Of a stretch of 64,000 bases of DNA, positions 37,321 to 50,028 are shown piece by piece. How positions within the stretch are numbered: the first letter of the stretch is position 1; each line of letters begins with the position of its first letter. Source of the DNA: Callorhinchus milii (lineage: Eukaryota). The stretch lies in NCBI RefSeq assembly GCF_018977255.1, contig NW_024704742.1, positions 17,548,001 to 17,612,000 of the forward strand, read 5' to 3'. A model generated the notes under the pieces. The model was not told the origin of the DNA and searched no databases. It saw nothing but the letters and a program-made list of their open reading frames with translations. The position numbers and the translations under genes were made by a program.

Positions 37321-40121
37321 CTGCTGAAGAGTACAGCAGGCTGTGAAAACTCAGCAGCCTGGACAAATGATAGTCACGCATTGGGCAGTAAAAGTCAATA
37401 GCCTGAATAACTGTCAAGGCCACGTATTGGAAGACTGCGTTCGGGAGGTTGATGGATGCAACGGGTGCTGAATGACATGTTTATGCTTTCATAGCCATCG
37501 AACAAGCCACACCTCATGAAATTCAACACTGGAAACATTCATTTTGTCACAATATTCTGTACTTTATTTGTTGTGAAAAAAACTAGACTCCAGATGACTT
37601 GACTGCAATCTCTTGAGGTGAAAGAGTTTGTAAAGCTAGGCTGTCACACCATCCTGGATGGACCAATGTCTTCACCTCTGGTTGTGATATATTTAACCCT
37701 CCACAATATCCCAATTTCATAAAAGTAATAATAATAATATTGTTAATAAAAGTACAATTAAATGTTGTGGTTATCTTCATAACTTAATCCTGGAACAATC
37801 ACTGATTGATGCTCTTTTGTGGTCAAGATATTAACATTTAAATATCGGCTCAATTGAGTGGACCTTGCAAAAGAGAGTCTTTATGAAAAGCCTGAAAAAG
37901 TCAATTTTGCAGAGTACAGATAGCGAATATCTCCAGAATGGAGAGGGATACAATTGCAATTTTCAAAAGAAAATGGGGAGGATTAACTGCTTATGCTGAG
38001 TACTCATGCATTTCGTATCTATAAAAAAATGTAGGTTTTAGAGAAAATTCAGATTTCAAAAGTAATGAATAGACTTTAAAATTGTAATCTGTTTTTCTTT
38101 CCATTTCTAGTTCCATGCCTGCTTATAGTGATGCTGGTAATTTGATTTGCAGTTTAACCCATTAATGGTCACACAGTCTCTGTTTTTGCTTTGTGTATGA
38201 TGAAGCAGTTATGTTGCACTGTAAATGTACATGACTCAAAGACTATGACAGTCCATGGGGTAAATATTCCAATTTGCATAGAACCTTTGGCAATGTGAGA
38301 CAACAGGACATTGTCATTAAATTACAACAATAATAACTTGCATTTATTTAGTGCCTTTTATGCGGGGTAGTATCTCAGAGTCCATTATAACATTCCCACT
38401 ACATTTCTAATACATTTCCGATCTCTTACTTGTTGCAACACCATTTGCCATCTGAGAAGATAGACGGGCAGCTACCTGAGAGGCTACAGATGGAAAAAGG
38501 GGCAAAGGTGACGTAGATAGTCTCAACATCATAACTTTCCTTGTCTTTCACTGTAGGAGCTCCTCACTACAGCACAAGCCATCAGCAGTCAGGAGCTTAC
38601 TGTAAGGGAGGAAGCCACTGGTTTGGATTCATAGTTATGCGCAATATTAGCACTATCGAAGCAATGCTTAGCACATTTTCTTAAGTAGTTGAGAAATTGG
38701 GGGGCATATCTTTACAAATCTGAGTGAGAAAGTTTTTCAATCCCAATCTGACTTCAAATGTCTTTTAAATATGAACCTTGAAAAGCCAAACTGTCTTTGA
38801 TTTTACTTGTTTCGTTTTCAGTTTTATTGGGAGCACTTTGTGGGATCTCAAACCCAGTTAGCAGCTTCACGCCACCGAGGAGACTTTCATTAATTTTAAT
38901 AAGTTTGCACTGTCCTTCTACATCAGCGTATTGGAAATATATCATAGGGCTGGCGAGAAAAAAAGGAGAAAAAAATTTCATGATTGTGCGAAGGAAATCC
39001 AAAGGAAAAAACATTTTATTTAAAACACGATAAAGCTCCTGGCCAAGGTCTAGGTTATGGGTGAAAGACACTGGGACGCTGAAGGGCCCCTCGGCTGAAA
39101 TTGGAAACTGCACTGCAGTAATGGTATTAGGTATCTATGCATATTTGGGAATATGCACTGTAGTTACCAAACAGTGGATTTTCTATAGGTAATTTCATCT
39201 CTCGTTTTTAACAGCTTTTCTTTGTACAATACCTAGGTTCAATTATGCAGATCCTGCTGTGGTCTTGGTAGGGGACCCATGCAGTGTTAAGTAATTATCA
39301 ATGCTGTCAAGCATTAGTACTGCTGCAGGGGAAAATGTGCGTCTGTCGCGCTGGGGAGTGGGGGGGAAGAAAGAAACTGCAGGAAACTGAAGGTTTGTTA
39401 ACCCTAACCTTATGAGAAGGAAAAGAAGAGAGAGGTCCAAGTGTTGGTTTAACCCGCAGTTATGGGTCAGTGCCAGTCAGTGAAGTCTCTGAATCAAAAT
39501 GTATATCTTGCCATGTGAGTTTGCAAGAGTTAACAGCAGATAAGTGACCTCAAAGCTGCTCAGTGCACGCAGTTAGCACAAAATTGTTTTACGTTCACTT
39601 TCGGACAAAGAGGCTTTCTTCTCCTTCATTCTCACTTCCTGACACTCAGCGCTCTTTGTTAGGATCCTGGTTAGAGACTTCCGAGATTGTGAATTTCTGG
39701 CTGAGCAAAAATAAAATTCCTTTAGTGAACTCGATTCAGGGATTTAACTGTGTGAGAAATGATGACTTGTTAAACCAGTTGCACCAAGAATCCTGAAGGT
39801 CATGGTACAACTGTTATCTCACTGTCGAATTCATAGCAAAGACTGCTAAATTTATATATAGTTTTTCTTTGTAGCATTGCTGATAGAGGCTTAAATGAGT
39901 AATTAAGTATTTCTCTTGTCTTTTGATCCAAGTGGCATTCTTAAGGCCAGTTTGACCCAGTTGGATGGGAGCATCCTGTCTTATGTTGAAAGTCATGTGG
40001 AGGTAGAAGTTTACAAAGAATGTACAGCATGGAAACAGACTACGTGGTCCAACCAGTCTGTGCCGGTGTTTATACTCCACGAGAGTATTCATCGTTCCTT
40101 ACTCCCTCCCATACCCTTACA

Positions 40122-40586
40122 TCCAGGCTTCACCATGCCAATACCCTGCTTGTTGGCCTTCCCAACTTTTCCCTCCACAAGCTGCAGATCATCCAGAACT
40201 CTGCAGCTCATGTCTTCTCCCGCACCAGGCTCCGTGATACCATCCACACCTTCACCTGGCTCCACTGGCTCCCCATCCCTCAGAGGATCGAGTTCAAAAT
40301 CCTCGTCCTCACCTTCAAAATCCTCATCCTCACCTTCAAGGCCCACCATGGCTCCTCCTACCTGCTAACCCCTTATCAACCTGTCCACTCCCTCTGCATG
40401 GAGCCTGCTCCATGTCTCCCGCCCACCCCCCCCCACCATAGACGGTTGGGCCTTCAGGCTCACTGCCACCACCCTCTGAAACTCCATTCCACATTCCCTT
40501 TGCGTTGCTCCCTCCCTTACCTCCTTCAAGGCATGCCTCAAGAACCTGCTCTTCGACTGTGCCTTCGGCCACCCTCCTGCCTTCTC
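40122..40586 (+). mobile_element. L2 3' fragment inserted within a minus-strand CR1 remnant (~40000-40700)
   Basis: SRLHHANTLLVGLP…LHKLQIIQNSAA…LHWLPIPQRIEFKIL, with a 21-bp internal tandem duplication. CR1-like sequence lies on both flanks (tgtacagcatggaaacag; ccagaattgaacacaatactcc). Confidence 0.88.
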
Positions 40587-41006
40587 TGAGGGTGCATATA
40601 ATGTGGAGACCAGAATTGAACACAATACTCCAAATGTGGTCTATCCAAGTTTTTGTACAAATTCAACATCACCTCCTCACTTTTATATTCTCTCCCTCTG
40701 GACATAAACTTCTATGCAGTGCAGAGGGTGTGCTGTATTATGGAGGTGCCATCAACTTAAATCTGATGTTTCAACCGATGCATTAGTGTGCTAATTTTCA
40801 TATCAAATCTGTTGTAAAATGTCACTTTTTTCACCCCAATTTTGGATGTTGGGTCAAACGTGCTCTCAGTAACTGGCTCAGGCTGAAGCTCCGATGCTGA
40901 TGACATCTCATATATGGGACATAATAGCAATGGGAGCAAAACAAATCAACTGCTACCAATGCTGGATTATGTTTTAGGATATTCCAGAGCTGGTTATTTT
41001 GTTTCA

Positions 41007-41566
41007 TTAGCCAGGTTTCTGACACGTGCGGAAGCCCATCACCATATTTAAAAGTATTCATTTATCAGACCCATCTATGGAAACTCCCAAGGTATTTATT
41101 GGAATGAAATGCACACTTTCTTCCTGCAGGGAAACATCTTGCTTACCTAATTTCAGAAGATATGAGGCACAGGTTGGCAAGAGCCAAGGCTTGGGGACCC
41201 AGTTTTATCGCTAGGGTCTTGCTGGAGTCTAACCAGCTAAAACTGCATATTTTACCATTGAGAACACTGCCTAGCAAGCTTTCCCACTGTTTGTCCAGCT
41301 AGGAGCACCCCCCCACCCCCTTTAGGGCTTTGGCTTGCAGGTAATGATGGCTGAATTGGAAAAATTCCTGCCCCTAGTGACTTTCCAAGTTCTACCAATG
41401 AGCCAGCCTTAAAATGTGCTGTCATTTGTAATGCCCTGGAGAACTGTGGACTCGCTTGGCTCAGGAACTGGACTACCAAGACCGCCACAGGAGGCAGGAC
41501 TCATTTCTGACATTCTGTTGCTAAACATGTCATCTTAGAGCCAATTCAATTCCAAGGGGACCCCCC
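41007..41566. mobile_element. Unclassified element C, full-span diverged copy
   Basis: agccaggtttctgacacgtgcggaagcccatcacc … tggctcaggaactggactacc … tccaaggggacccc. Confidence 0.85.
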
Positions 41567-41689
41567 ACCAGGAGATAGTCACCAGTGGGTCAAGAGCTAA
41601 AAGCAGCTGTTGGTGTTCACATCCCACCTCAATCACTCTGTAGGACGATGTCCATAGCACAGGCAGGCAGCACTGAAGCAATGGTATCT

Positions 41690-42027
41690 CATTCAAATCT
41701 CTCTGTGGCCTTGCCCACCCTACCTCTGTGACTGCCTCGGAATCCAACTGCCCTGGCCGCTCTCTCCGCTCAGCAATCACCAGCCGCCTTCATGTTCCCC
41801 TGTCCGATTCATTTTGCCATCTGTAGAACTGCATTCCAGAGTCCTTCCAACTCACCAACTCCCTCCCCACTTTTAGGACCTTAAGACTGCCTTAAGACCT
41901 ATAATTTTGATCACACTTTCAGTCACCTTCTCCCCCCACATCCTACACATGCTCAGATGTTGTGCAAAGTGCTTTGAACATCTTTCACACATGAAAGGCG
42001 CCATGTTATGTAAATTGTTGTTGTTGT
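41690..42027 (+). mobile_element. L2 3' fragment, old
   Basis: tggccttgcccaccctacctctgtgac…cttaagactgccttaagacc; tail tgaaaggcgcc…(TTG)n. Confidence 0.75.
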
Positions 42028-43029
42028 AAAAACGGGATAACCACAGAGGCAGGATTCTTCCCAAATCGCAGGTCACGTCATTTCTAGCCACAGACCTTTC
42101 CCAATCTCCGAAGATGTTTTTAGAGGACAGAAGCCCTGATACCATGCCTCATTTCCAGCCAGGAAAGCATAACAGCTGGTCAGTACAGCCAAAGGTTGCA
42201 GGACAGAACATTACTATTTCTGTACTTGCTGCTGTTAACTCCATCAGGGAAACATAGAAGCAGAAATGATGGCCCCCAGAAGAGGGCAGAGAGGAGGAAA
42301 ACCTAATTTTCTGTGGTCAAAGCCACAATGTTAATGCAGGTTGTTACAGAGAACTGTAAGAGTAAAACAGGATTACGTGGCCAGCCTGTCTATTCTTTAA
42401 AAGCTCTTATAAAAGATTTAGCTAGTCATTCTTTGAAAGCTCAGTGACCAGAGAGTGATGGCAGCCTGTTCTTGGGAATGCAGTGATCGAAATCAGGAAG
42501 TTAATTCTTCACTACTCCCATGCTCCAATGGTAGTAGGGCCAATTGAGGTGCCTCAATTGCTGTCTGAGATGAGCAAATTCAACACAGATGGACAATTGA
42601 ATCTGGGAGAGTCTGGTCTGCTTTGCCCATTTGGAATCCACAGATACAAAGCTTTATTGCCATTGCATTGTACCAATGAAACTGCACCTAAATCCTAATT
42701 TAATCCTACATTCCATGTTTATATTGCAAGGCTGGCCACAAAAATACAGTCATTAGACTTCACAGTAATTCCTGTGAAGCACTTTGAAACATCTTGACAG
42801 CATTATTAGGCACTATATCAAATGCAAGGATTATTATTACATGCAGCTACTGAAGTTTATAGCACCTATGGCAACACCAAATCAACAGCACATGCTTTTA
42901 AACTGCGAACCTAGACTTTTATTTCCTGATGTTCTGTGGAATCCCTGGAGTCCAGAGTGTGAAAACCATATCACTGCACAAGAAGGTGGAGCAGTCAGAT
43001 GATAATAATAATAATAATCCAATACAAAT

Positions 43030-43515
43030 ATAATAAAAACTACCTATTATTATGAAAATAAGATTTTGAAGGAAAACATTGATCTGAAATGCCAAATATG
43101 CCATCAAGCACTAGAAAAAGTAGAGCACATATTGTCATGTACAGTGGGGTACCTGAATCAACATAACAATGTGGCTAAATATATCCACTGGACAATCTGT
43201 AGACTCGTTGATACTCACGTAAAGACCAACTGGTATGAACATCAACCAAAATGACATTAAAAGATATCATTACAATAATCTGGGACTCACAAGTGCCTAT
43301 AGATAGAACAGTAATCTGTAATAAACCAGATATCATTATATAAAAAAAACTAGATTGTACTTGCGGTATCATTGATGTGACCATTCCAAGTCACTACAAT
43401 GTACAAAATAAGAAACTAGAAATGATCAGGAAAAATGTTGACCTATAATTTGAATGCAGACACATGGAGTACAAAACCAGTATAGTTCCTATAATAATTG
43501 ATGTAAGGAACATTA
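43030..43515 (+). mobile_element. R4/Dong-clade non-LTR retrotransposon relic (CCHC finger plus restriction-like endonuclease)
   Basis: KCQICHQALEKVEHILSC…QHNNVAKYIHWTIC…WYEHQPK; after a frameshift IIWDSQVPIDRTVICNKPDIII*KK…IIDVTIPSHYNVQNKKLEMIRKNVDL*…IVPIII. Flanked by TAA tracts. Confidence 0.85.
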
Positions 43516-43529
43516 ATAAAACAATAACA

Positions 43530-43810
43530 TAATAATATAATAATAATAATAAAAAGAAGTATAGGACCTTTCATGTTGGGAGATGTCCCAAAGCACTTCA
43601 CATGATATACTGTAAATTGTAGAGACCCACAGCAATGTCCCACAAACAGCCAAGAAATGAATGATCAATATTATTTGGAGGATTGTTAGCCAGGAGACCG
43701 GGAGAAATTCCCTTCTCTTTTTGAATGGTGCCATGGGATCTTTAGCATCCACCTGAATAGTCATGAGGGAGCTCGGTTTAACATGTCGTCTGAAGGACAG
43801 CACCTCCGAA
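43530..43810 (-). mobile_element. SINE family B, 3' and central part
   Basis: (TAA)n tail, gtcccacaaacagcc, gtgccatgggatcttt, ggtttaacatgtcgtctgaaggacagcacctcc. Confidence 0.8.
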
Positions 43811-45704
43811 CTCCAAACTCAAATTTGGACACAGTGGTCTGAGAAAAATAACAGTAGGTAAAGCCAAGAGCCCACCCCCTGACCCCACACTACAAGTTTC
43901 CAACTCTTCAATATCCAGGGAATAACTAGCCCAATGGTTTGGTGTATGCAGGTTTAATGTAGCATAAACCTAGCATAAAACGTGATATCTAATGTTGGGG
44001 AGGAGAGCTCAGACAGCAGTTTTAAATCAATGACTTGACTTTGCTCTTTGATTTATGATCGCTGTGAATCCTCTCCTTTTTTCTGTGATCGTATTACAGC
44101 CTTGAACTCCAGGCGTCTGACATACATTGTAAATACCAAGAATCTCGAGGAATTGCAATAAGCAGTACTCAAGTTGTCATTTCTCAAAATTCTTGGTTCT
44201 GTTGACACTGCGGGAGATTTAGCAAGGACAGAGCCAACTTATCTTGACTTATACCCTCCCAGTTTCATCCCACATTAATCAATGTTCACTTACAAAACGA
44301 ACTGTGATTTGACTTCACTTACAGTGAATCTTGTGAAGCTCTTTGAGACATCTTCTCAAACTGAAAAAAAATCACATTAATTTTACATTTGTACATCGCC
44401 TTTCACATCAGGAGGATTTCTCAAAAGTGCTGTGTTTCACAGAGCCAGTTTGGAACCTGAGATGAGGATGGGGGGAATTGAGGAAGAAGATATGTGTGTG
44501 GGGCAGGGTGGGGGGATGTGGCCAAAAGTATGGTCTAAAGGAAAGGAATTAAGGTGTAGTTTAAAGGTGGGGAGGGAGAGGGTGTGAGGTGTAAATGGCT
44601 GAAAGCTCACCCTGCAATGGTAGGGTCAATCAGAGGACATGAAGCAAGCCAATGTTTGCGGACCAGAGGGAGCACAATATCAAATACAAAGATTTTTTTC
44701 ATTATTATTGTTAATAATCATAACAATAATACAAGGTTCACTGCGCAATACACAACACAGGATGAAGATGTACTTATTGTTAAAGTGGAGATTACATCTC
44801 TAACATACTGTGCCGTGGTGCCGTGGTATTTTATCAATAATTAACAAGGATAGTTCAAAGTGAGGACAAAGGCATGTTTAACACCCCACAATGTGTTAAT
44901 GGATATTTCATATCCAATTAAAATTGTAGACTGGGTGAAATGGATGTGTTTTCTCTCCTCCCTCTATCAAATAAATGTCATCATTTAAAACAAAAGAAAT
45001 GAACTTCTGGCGCTAATTAAAATCTAAGAGAGTTGACAGTGAGAGCAACTGATGAGGTTGGGTAATGACCTTGTGCTGGGCACTATTCTATTCCAGGACA
45101 TTCTCCACTTCAGCAATACACACTAGGGTCTTTGCGGTGTCAATCAATCTACTTTAGCAGCCATTTAATACAATCTAGCACAAACCCCACTGGGGACCTG
45201 AATTGCCACTTTTCAGATAGTGCTGAAGAACTTGACCTGATCCCATCACTTTCATTTTAACATCACCAACACTGCATGGTGTCTGTTATTCTAACTTTTA
45301 ATGCTTTTTTTATATTAAAAAAAGAAAGATTTTCTTTATCTAAACTGTGTTTCAGGCCTGCTGCCAATCATTCCTTTATCCCTGTGAAATATTTATCCTT
45401 TCACTTTACTTTTGTAGATTTATCAGAAAGAATATTAAATTGTCGGGGGGGGGGGGGAACTGCAATATATAGCGGGATACAGATAAAATAATGCTTACAT
45501 TTGATATATAGAGCCTCATCATGCTGACACATCTCAAAGAACCTCATGGTAATCGATGTATTGAGGAAAAGGGTGATTCAAATCTGTCTCTTACAATTTG
45601 GGAGTGAACACTCCTCACCCCCACGACTTCAGCACACGGCTTGGCCCAAAGCTAACCAAGCCATCCATTCACTGCTTTTAGCTAATGTTCTTGTGGTTGA
45701 CATA

Positions 45705-45905
45705 GTAATAATAATCCTTGCATTCGATATAGCGCCTTATCATGTCTTCCAAACATCTCAAAGCGCTTCACAAAGAAGTGTAATGATGGTATATTTTGGG
45801 GGCAGGGCGAAGTGTGGCAGCCAATTGCAGACAGCAGTGTCCCACAAACAGTTGTGGACTGCGTGACCAAATTATTTTTATTTATTTTGAAGGAATTATT
45901 ACCCT
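45705..45905 (-). mobile_element. SINE family A, 3' half
   Basis: Reverse complement of the family A tail and body. Confidence 0.85.
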
Positions 45906-46050
45906 TGGAAAGTGAAGAAGGGAGCGAGGGAGCTGGAGGGCACCTGGATAAAGTTCCAAGTGTGGGAGCAAATGAGAAGATAAAATAATATCTGCTTAAA
46001 ATGAAGGTTACGATGATTGGAATAGCCACAGATTATCAATTGCTGGAAAG

Positions 46051-46966
46051 AGCTAAGCTAGGAAAAGTAGTAAACGGTGAGGCGGATAGTAGCAGACTGC
46101 AAGAGGACATAGACAGACTGGTAAAATGGGCAGACACGTGGCAGATGAAGTTTAATGGAAGAAATGCAAAGTGACGCATTTTGGGAGGAAGAATGAGGAG
46201 AGGCAATATAAGTTGATTGTACAATCTTAAAGGGGGTGAAGGAACAGAGAGACCTGGGGGTTCATATCAGTAAATCTTTGAAGGTGGCAGGACAGCTAGA
46301 TAAAGCTGTTAGAAAAACATACGGGATATCAGGCTTTAAAAATAGGGGGATAGAATACAAAAGTCAAGAAGTTATGATGAACCTTTATAAAACACTGGTT
46401 CGGCCTCAGCTACTAGAGTGCTCTGTTCAGTTCTGGGCACCACACTTTAGGAAGGATGTCAAGGCATTGGAGAGGGTGCAAAGGAGATTTACCAGGATGG
46501 TACCAGGAATGAGGGACTTCAGTTATCAGGAGAGAGTAGAGAAGCCAGGATTATTCTCCTTGGAGCTGAGAAGTTTAAGAGGAGACTTAGTAGAAGTTTT
46601 AAAGAGTATGAGCGGATTCGATGGAGTGAACAAGGAGAACCTATTTCCACTGGCGGGTGGGTCGGTAACCCGAGGGCACCGATTTAAAATAGTTGTTAAA
46701 AGAAACAGAGGGGAGGTGAGGAGAAATTTTTTCACACAGCGAGTTGTTTAGATCTGGAATGCATTGCCTGAAAGGGCGGTGGAAGCCGGTTCGACAACAA
46801 CTTTTAAAAGAGAAGTAGATAATTATTTGAGGAGGACAGGTTTGCAGGGCTATGGGGAGAGCGCGGGGAAGTGGGATTGATTTAGATGGCTCTTTTCAAA
46901 GAGCCGGCACAGACACGATGGGCCAAATGGCCTCCTTCTATGCTGTATAATTCTATAATTCTATGA
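46051..46966 (+). mobile_element. CR1 LINE 3' fragment (~0.9 kb)
   Basis: RLQEDIDRLVKWADTWQMKFN, RDLGV, LYKTLVRPQL, VQFWAPHFRKDVKALERVQRRFTRM, FFTQRVV; ends in (ATTCTATA/G) repeats. Confidence 0.95.
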
Positions 46967-48589
46967 AGAACACAATTTCTCCTAAGTTGGAAGTAGCGTA
47001 GATGCTCCACCTGAGACAGGTCAGACTTGAATTGTGTGAGCTGTACAGTTGAATTAATGTTCAGGGGTTTCTTGAAGGTTTGCCGGTGGTTGATTATCTC
47101 CCTTAGTTGATGGAAGGTGTTGAGTAGCATCTATGAATGGGGAAAGCATACAAGATCTGTGGAGGGATCAGTTTTGTGGCTCATGTTTTTTTTCTCATGT
47201 CATGTGTTACAATAATTGCAAAGCGATCATTTTCCAGAAAACATAAACAATCCCCATATGGGGTGGCCCGACTATACAGCTAAGTGCTCACCATTGGTAT
47301 TAATGTCTAATAACCAGCACTTCTGAGATTATCCTGCAGGCAGAATTTGTTATAACCTTGCATTCTCTCATACTTCTCTTTTATTATTTGAACAGCTAAA
47401 AACAAGGTTAATATTTCATGAGAATACTAAAACAAACTCTTTGGAAAAGCTGACAATAAATTATCTTGACACGCATTGCTGCTCCTGAAAGCTCTACTCA
47501 CCTATTTGACTGTTGCCACTGGAGAAGGCAATTTTTGCATGTCCTATATACCCATGGTAAAGAAAGAATTCAGGAGCCAAAGCTGACATTCATTTTTATG
47601 CAGCAACACTGAATTATGTCTCATAAGAGGATTTGTTTCCCTCTCAGATTGCTGTTATGGGGGACTGAAATATAAGAGGTGCATTTCGTAAAGTTCAAAT
47701 GTATTTTAAAAGTATTGCTTAAGGAAGATGGCAGAGTGCAGTGCTCCTGGCAAGTGTCTCAGTACAGCCTGGACTAATGGAATGAAGTCTGTAAGGGTTT
47801 TACATTAAATATGTTTCTAGAAATCTCAATTCCTAATGAGCATAGCTTATTTCATAAAAAATGCCAATAATTTGTCATTAAAAAATATGAAATTGGCAAT
47901 CTCAAACCTGTGCAAAACAAAAATTGGACTTTGGGGCATTGAGACTGCTATTCCAAGATTTGTTAGAAAATGTAGCACTTTACAACTACTCGTGAAATTA
48001 CAAACCATTTTCAACTGATCTTCGTATGTTACAAAGGCTGCAAACAAAAATCCATTACATTTATTTGTTCTGTAATTATCTTCAAATAAACGTCTGCCGC
48101 AAGTATATAAGACAACCATGTTTTTTCCAGGAGTATGACATGAAAAATGCAAGACTAGAGGCTGAATGTGGCTCATTTATCTTCCTGTTGTTTTTCGGAG
48201 GGTAATTTGGTGGCAGCGGCTGGTTTCTTCACTTTTCAGTAAACCAAGATCAGAGGATCTGTCCAATTTTGAAGCCTGGTGAAAAATTGGCCACCAGGAA
48301 TAATTGACTATCAACAAAGCAGCTTTTTCTGTTCCCCAAATGCTTGTAATCGGTCACTGAAGCAATTGTCTGACTAGGTTTGTAACGTGCATTCATTATT
48401 TGGATTTGTGGTTTCATAGGTACACAAAAAGGATGTTTCTCCGCTGATCGGTAGTTTTGCTGACCTCGGCAGCGTGAGTTTGTGTGATTATTCGATTAAG
48501 AAATTCACACAGTCAAGTTTACTACAATTAGCCAGCAGAGGAGTATAGGGGCCCGAGAGGAGATGCTCTTACCTACTAAGATTAGACTA

Positions 48590-50028
48590 CTAACCTACCA
48601 AACTACCGCTCCATCTCCAACCTCCCTTTCCTCTCCAAGGTCTTGGATGAGTTGTCACTTCCCAGCTTCGTTGCATCCTCTCCCGCCACTCCCTTCACAA
48701 ACCTCTCCAATCGGGTTTCCGTGCTGCCCAAAGTGTCAAAGTGACAAATGACATTCTGTCCATCTGCGACCAGGGCTCCCTCTGCCTCCTCGTCCTCCTT
48801 GACCTCTCTGCTGCCTTCGGCACTGTCAACCATTCTATCCTCATCCACCGCCTCTCCTCTCACCTCAACCTTCATGGTTCTGTCCTTCACTGGTTCACAC
48901 CATGCCTCTCACTCCGCCTCCACTTCATCTCCACAAACGGTTTCTCCTCTAGCCCCCGCACCGACTCGTGTGGCTTTCCTCAGGGCTCTGTTCTTGCTCC
49001 CCTCCTCTTCAATATCTATATGCTCCCTCTTGGTAACATCATCCGCAGACATGGGGTTAACTTCCACATGTATGCGGATGACACCCAACTCTACCTCTCT
49101 GCCTCCACCCTTGACTCCAGGACCACTGCTGTCCTGACAGAATATCTGTCAAATATCAAGTCCTGGATGAGAGCTAACTTTCTTCAGTTGAACATCAACA
49201 AGACCGAGGCTCTCTTCATTGGCTCCCATCAGTGCCTCCTCACCTTAGGCACTGACAGCATCACCATCCATGGTTGCACACTCCACCTCACTGAGCTAGT
49301 CCGGAACCTTGGGGTCTTGTTTGACCCTCAACTATCCTTTATACCCATGCCATGACCATCTATGCCTTCCCCCACCTCCGCAACATTGCCCGACTCCCCT
49401 CTGTCTCACACCTCAGGCCCCCGAAACCCTCATACATGCATTCATTACATTGAGGCTTGACTATCAAATACGTTGCTTGTCGGCCTCCCCAACACCTCCC
49501 TCCAGAGGCTGTAGACCATCCAGAACTCTGCAGCCCGTGTCCTCTCCTGCACCAAGTTCCGTGACCCTATCATCCTTATCCTCGCCACCAGACTCCACTG
49601 GTTTCCCATCACACAGAGGATACAGTTCAAATTCCTGGTCCTTACCTTCAAAGCCCTCCATGGTCTTGCTCCCCCCTACTTCTGCGACCTCCTAAACCCC
49701 TACCATTTTGCCCACTTCCTCTGCTCAGCAGGCTCCGGCCTGCTTCACGTCCCCCGCCTCACCCGCCCCACCATTGGCGGGCGCACCTTCTGCCACTCTG
49801 GCCCCACCCTGTGGAACTCCATCCCTCAGTCCCTCCGCCTTGCCTCCTTCAAGACCCATCTCAAGACCCTCCTCTTCGACCGTGCCTTCGATCACCCTGC
49901 TTCCCCCCCGGCCTCCATTCTCTCCAAACCCGACTCCCAGCTCGGGTCCGAAACTCTGACTTTCCAGCACCTTGGGATGTCCTTCCGATGTGAAAGCCGC
50001 TAAAGAAATTTAATTTTGTTGTCGTTGT
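48590..50028 (+). mobile_element. L2 LINE, ~1.4 kb 5'-truncated, reverse transcriptase core
   Basis: [33 protein letters not shown] (49071-49082), WMRANFLQLNINKTE, RNLGVLFD; L2 3' tail. Confidence 0.95.

Noticed and set aside
46236..46751. 171-aa ORF as a host gene
   Set aside because: It is the CR1 ORF2 C-terminus, bounded by a frameshift and a stop.
48741..49355. 204-aa ORF as a functional reverse transcriptase gene
   Set aside because: Part of a 5'-truncated, frameshifted L2 copy; the conserved AFD motif reads AFG.
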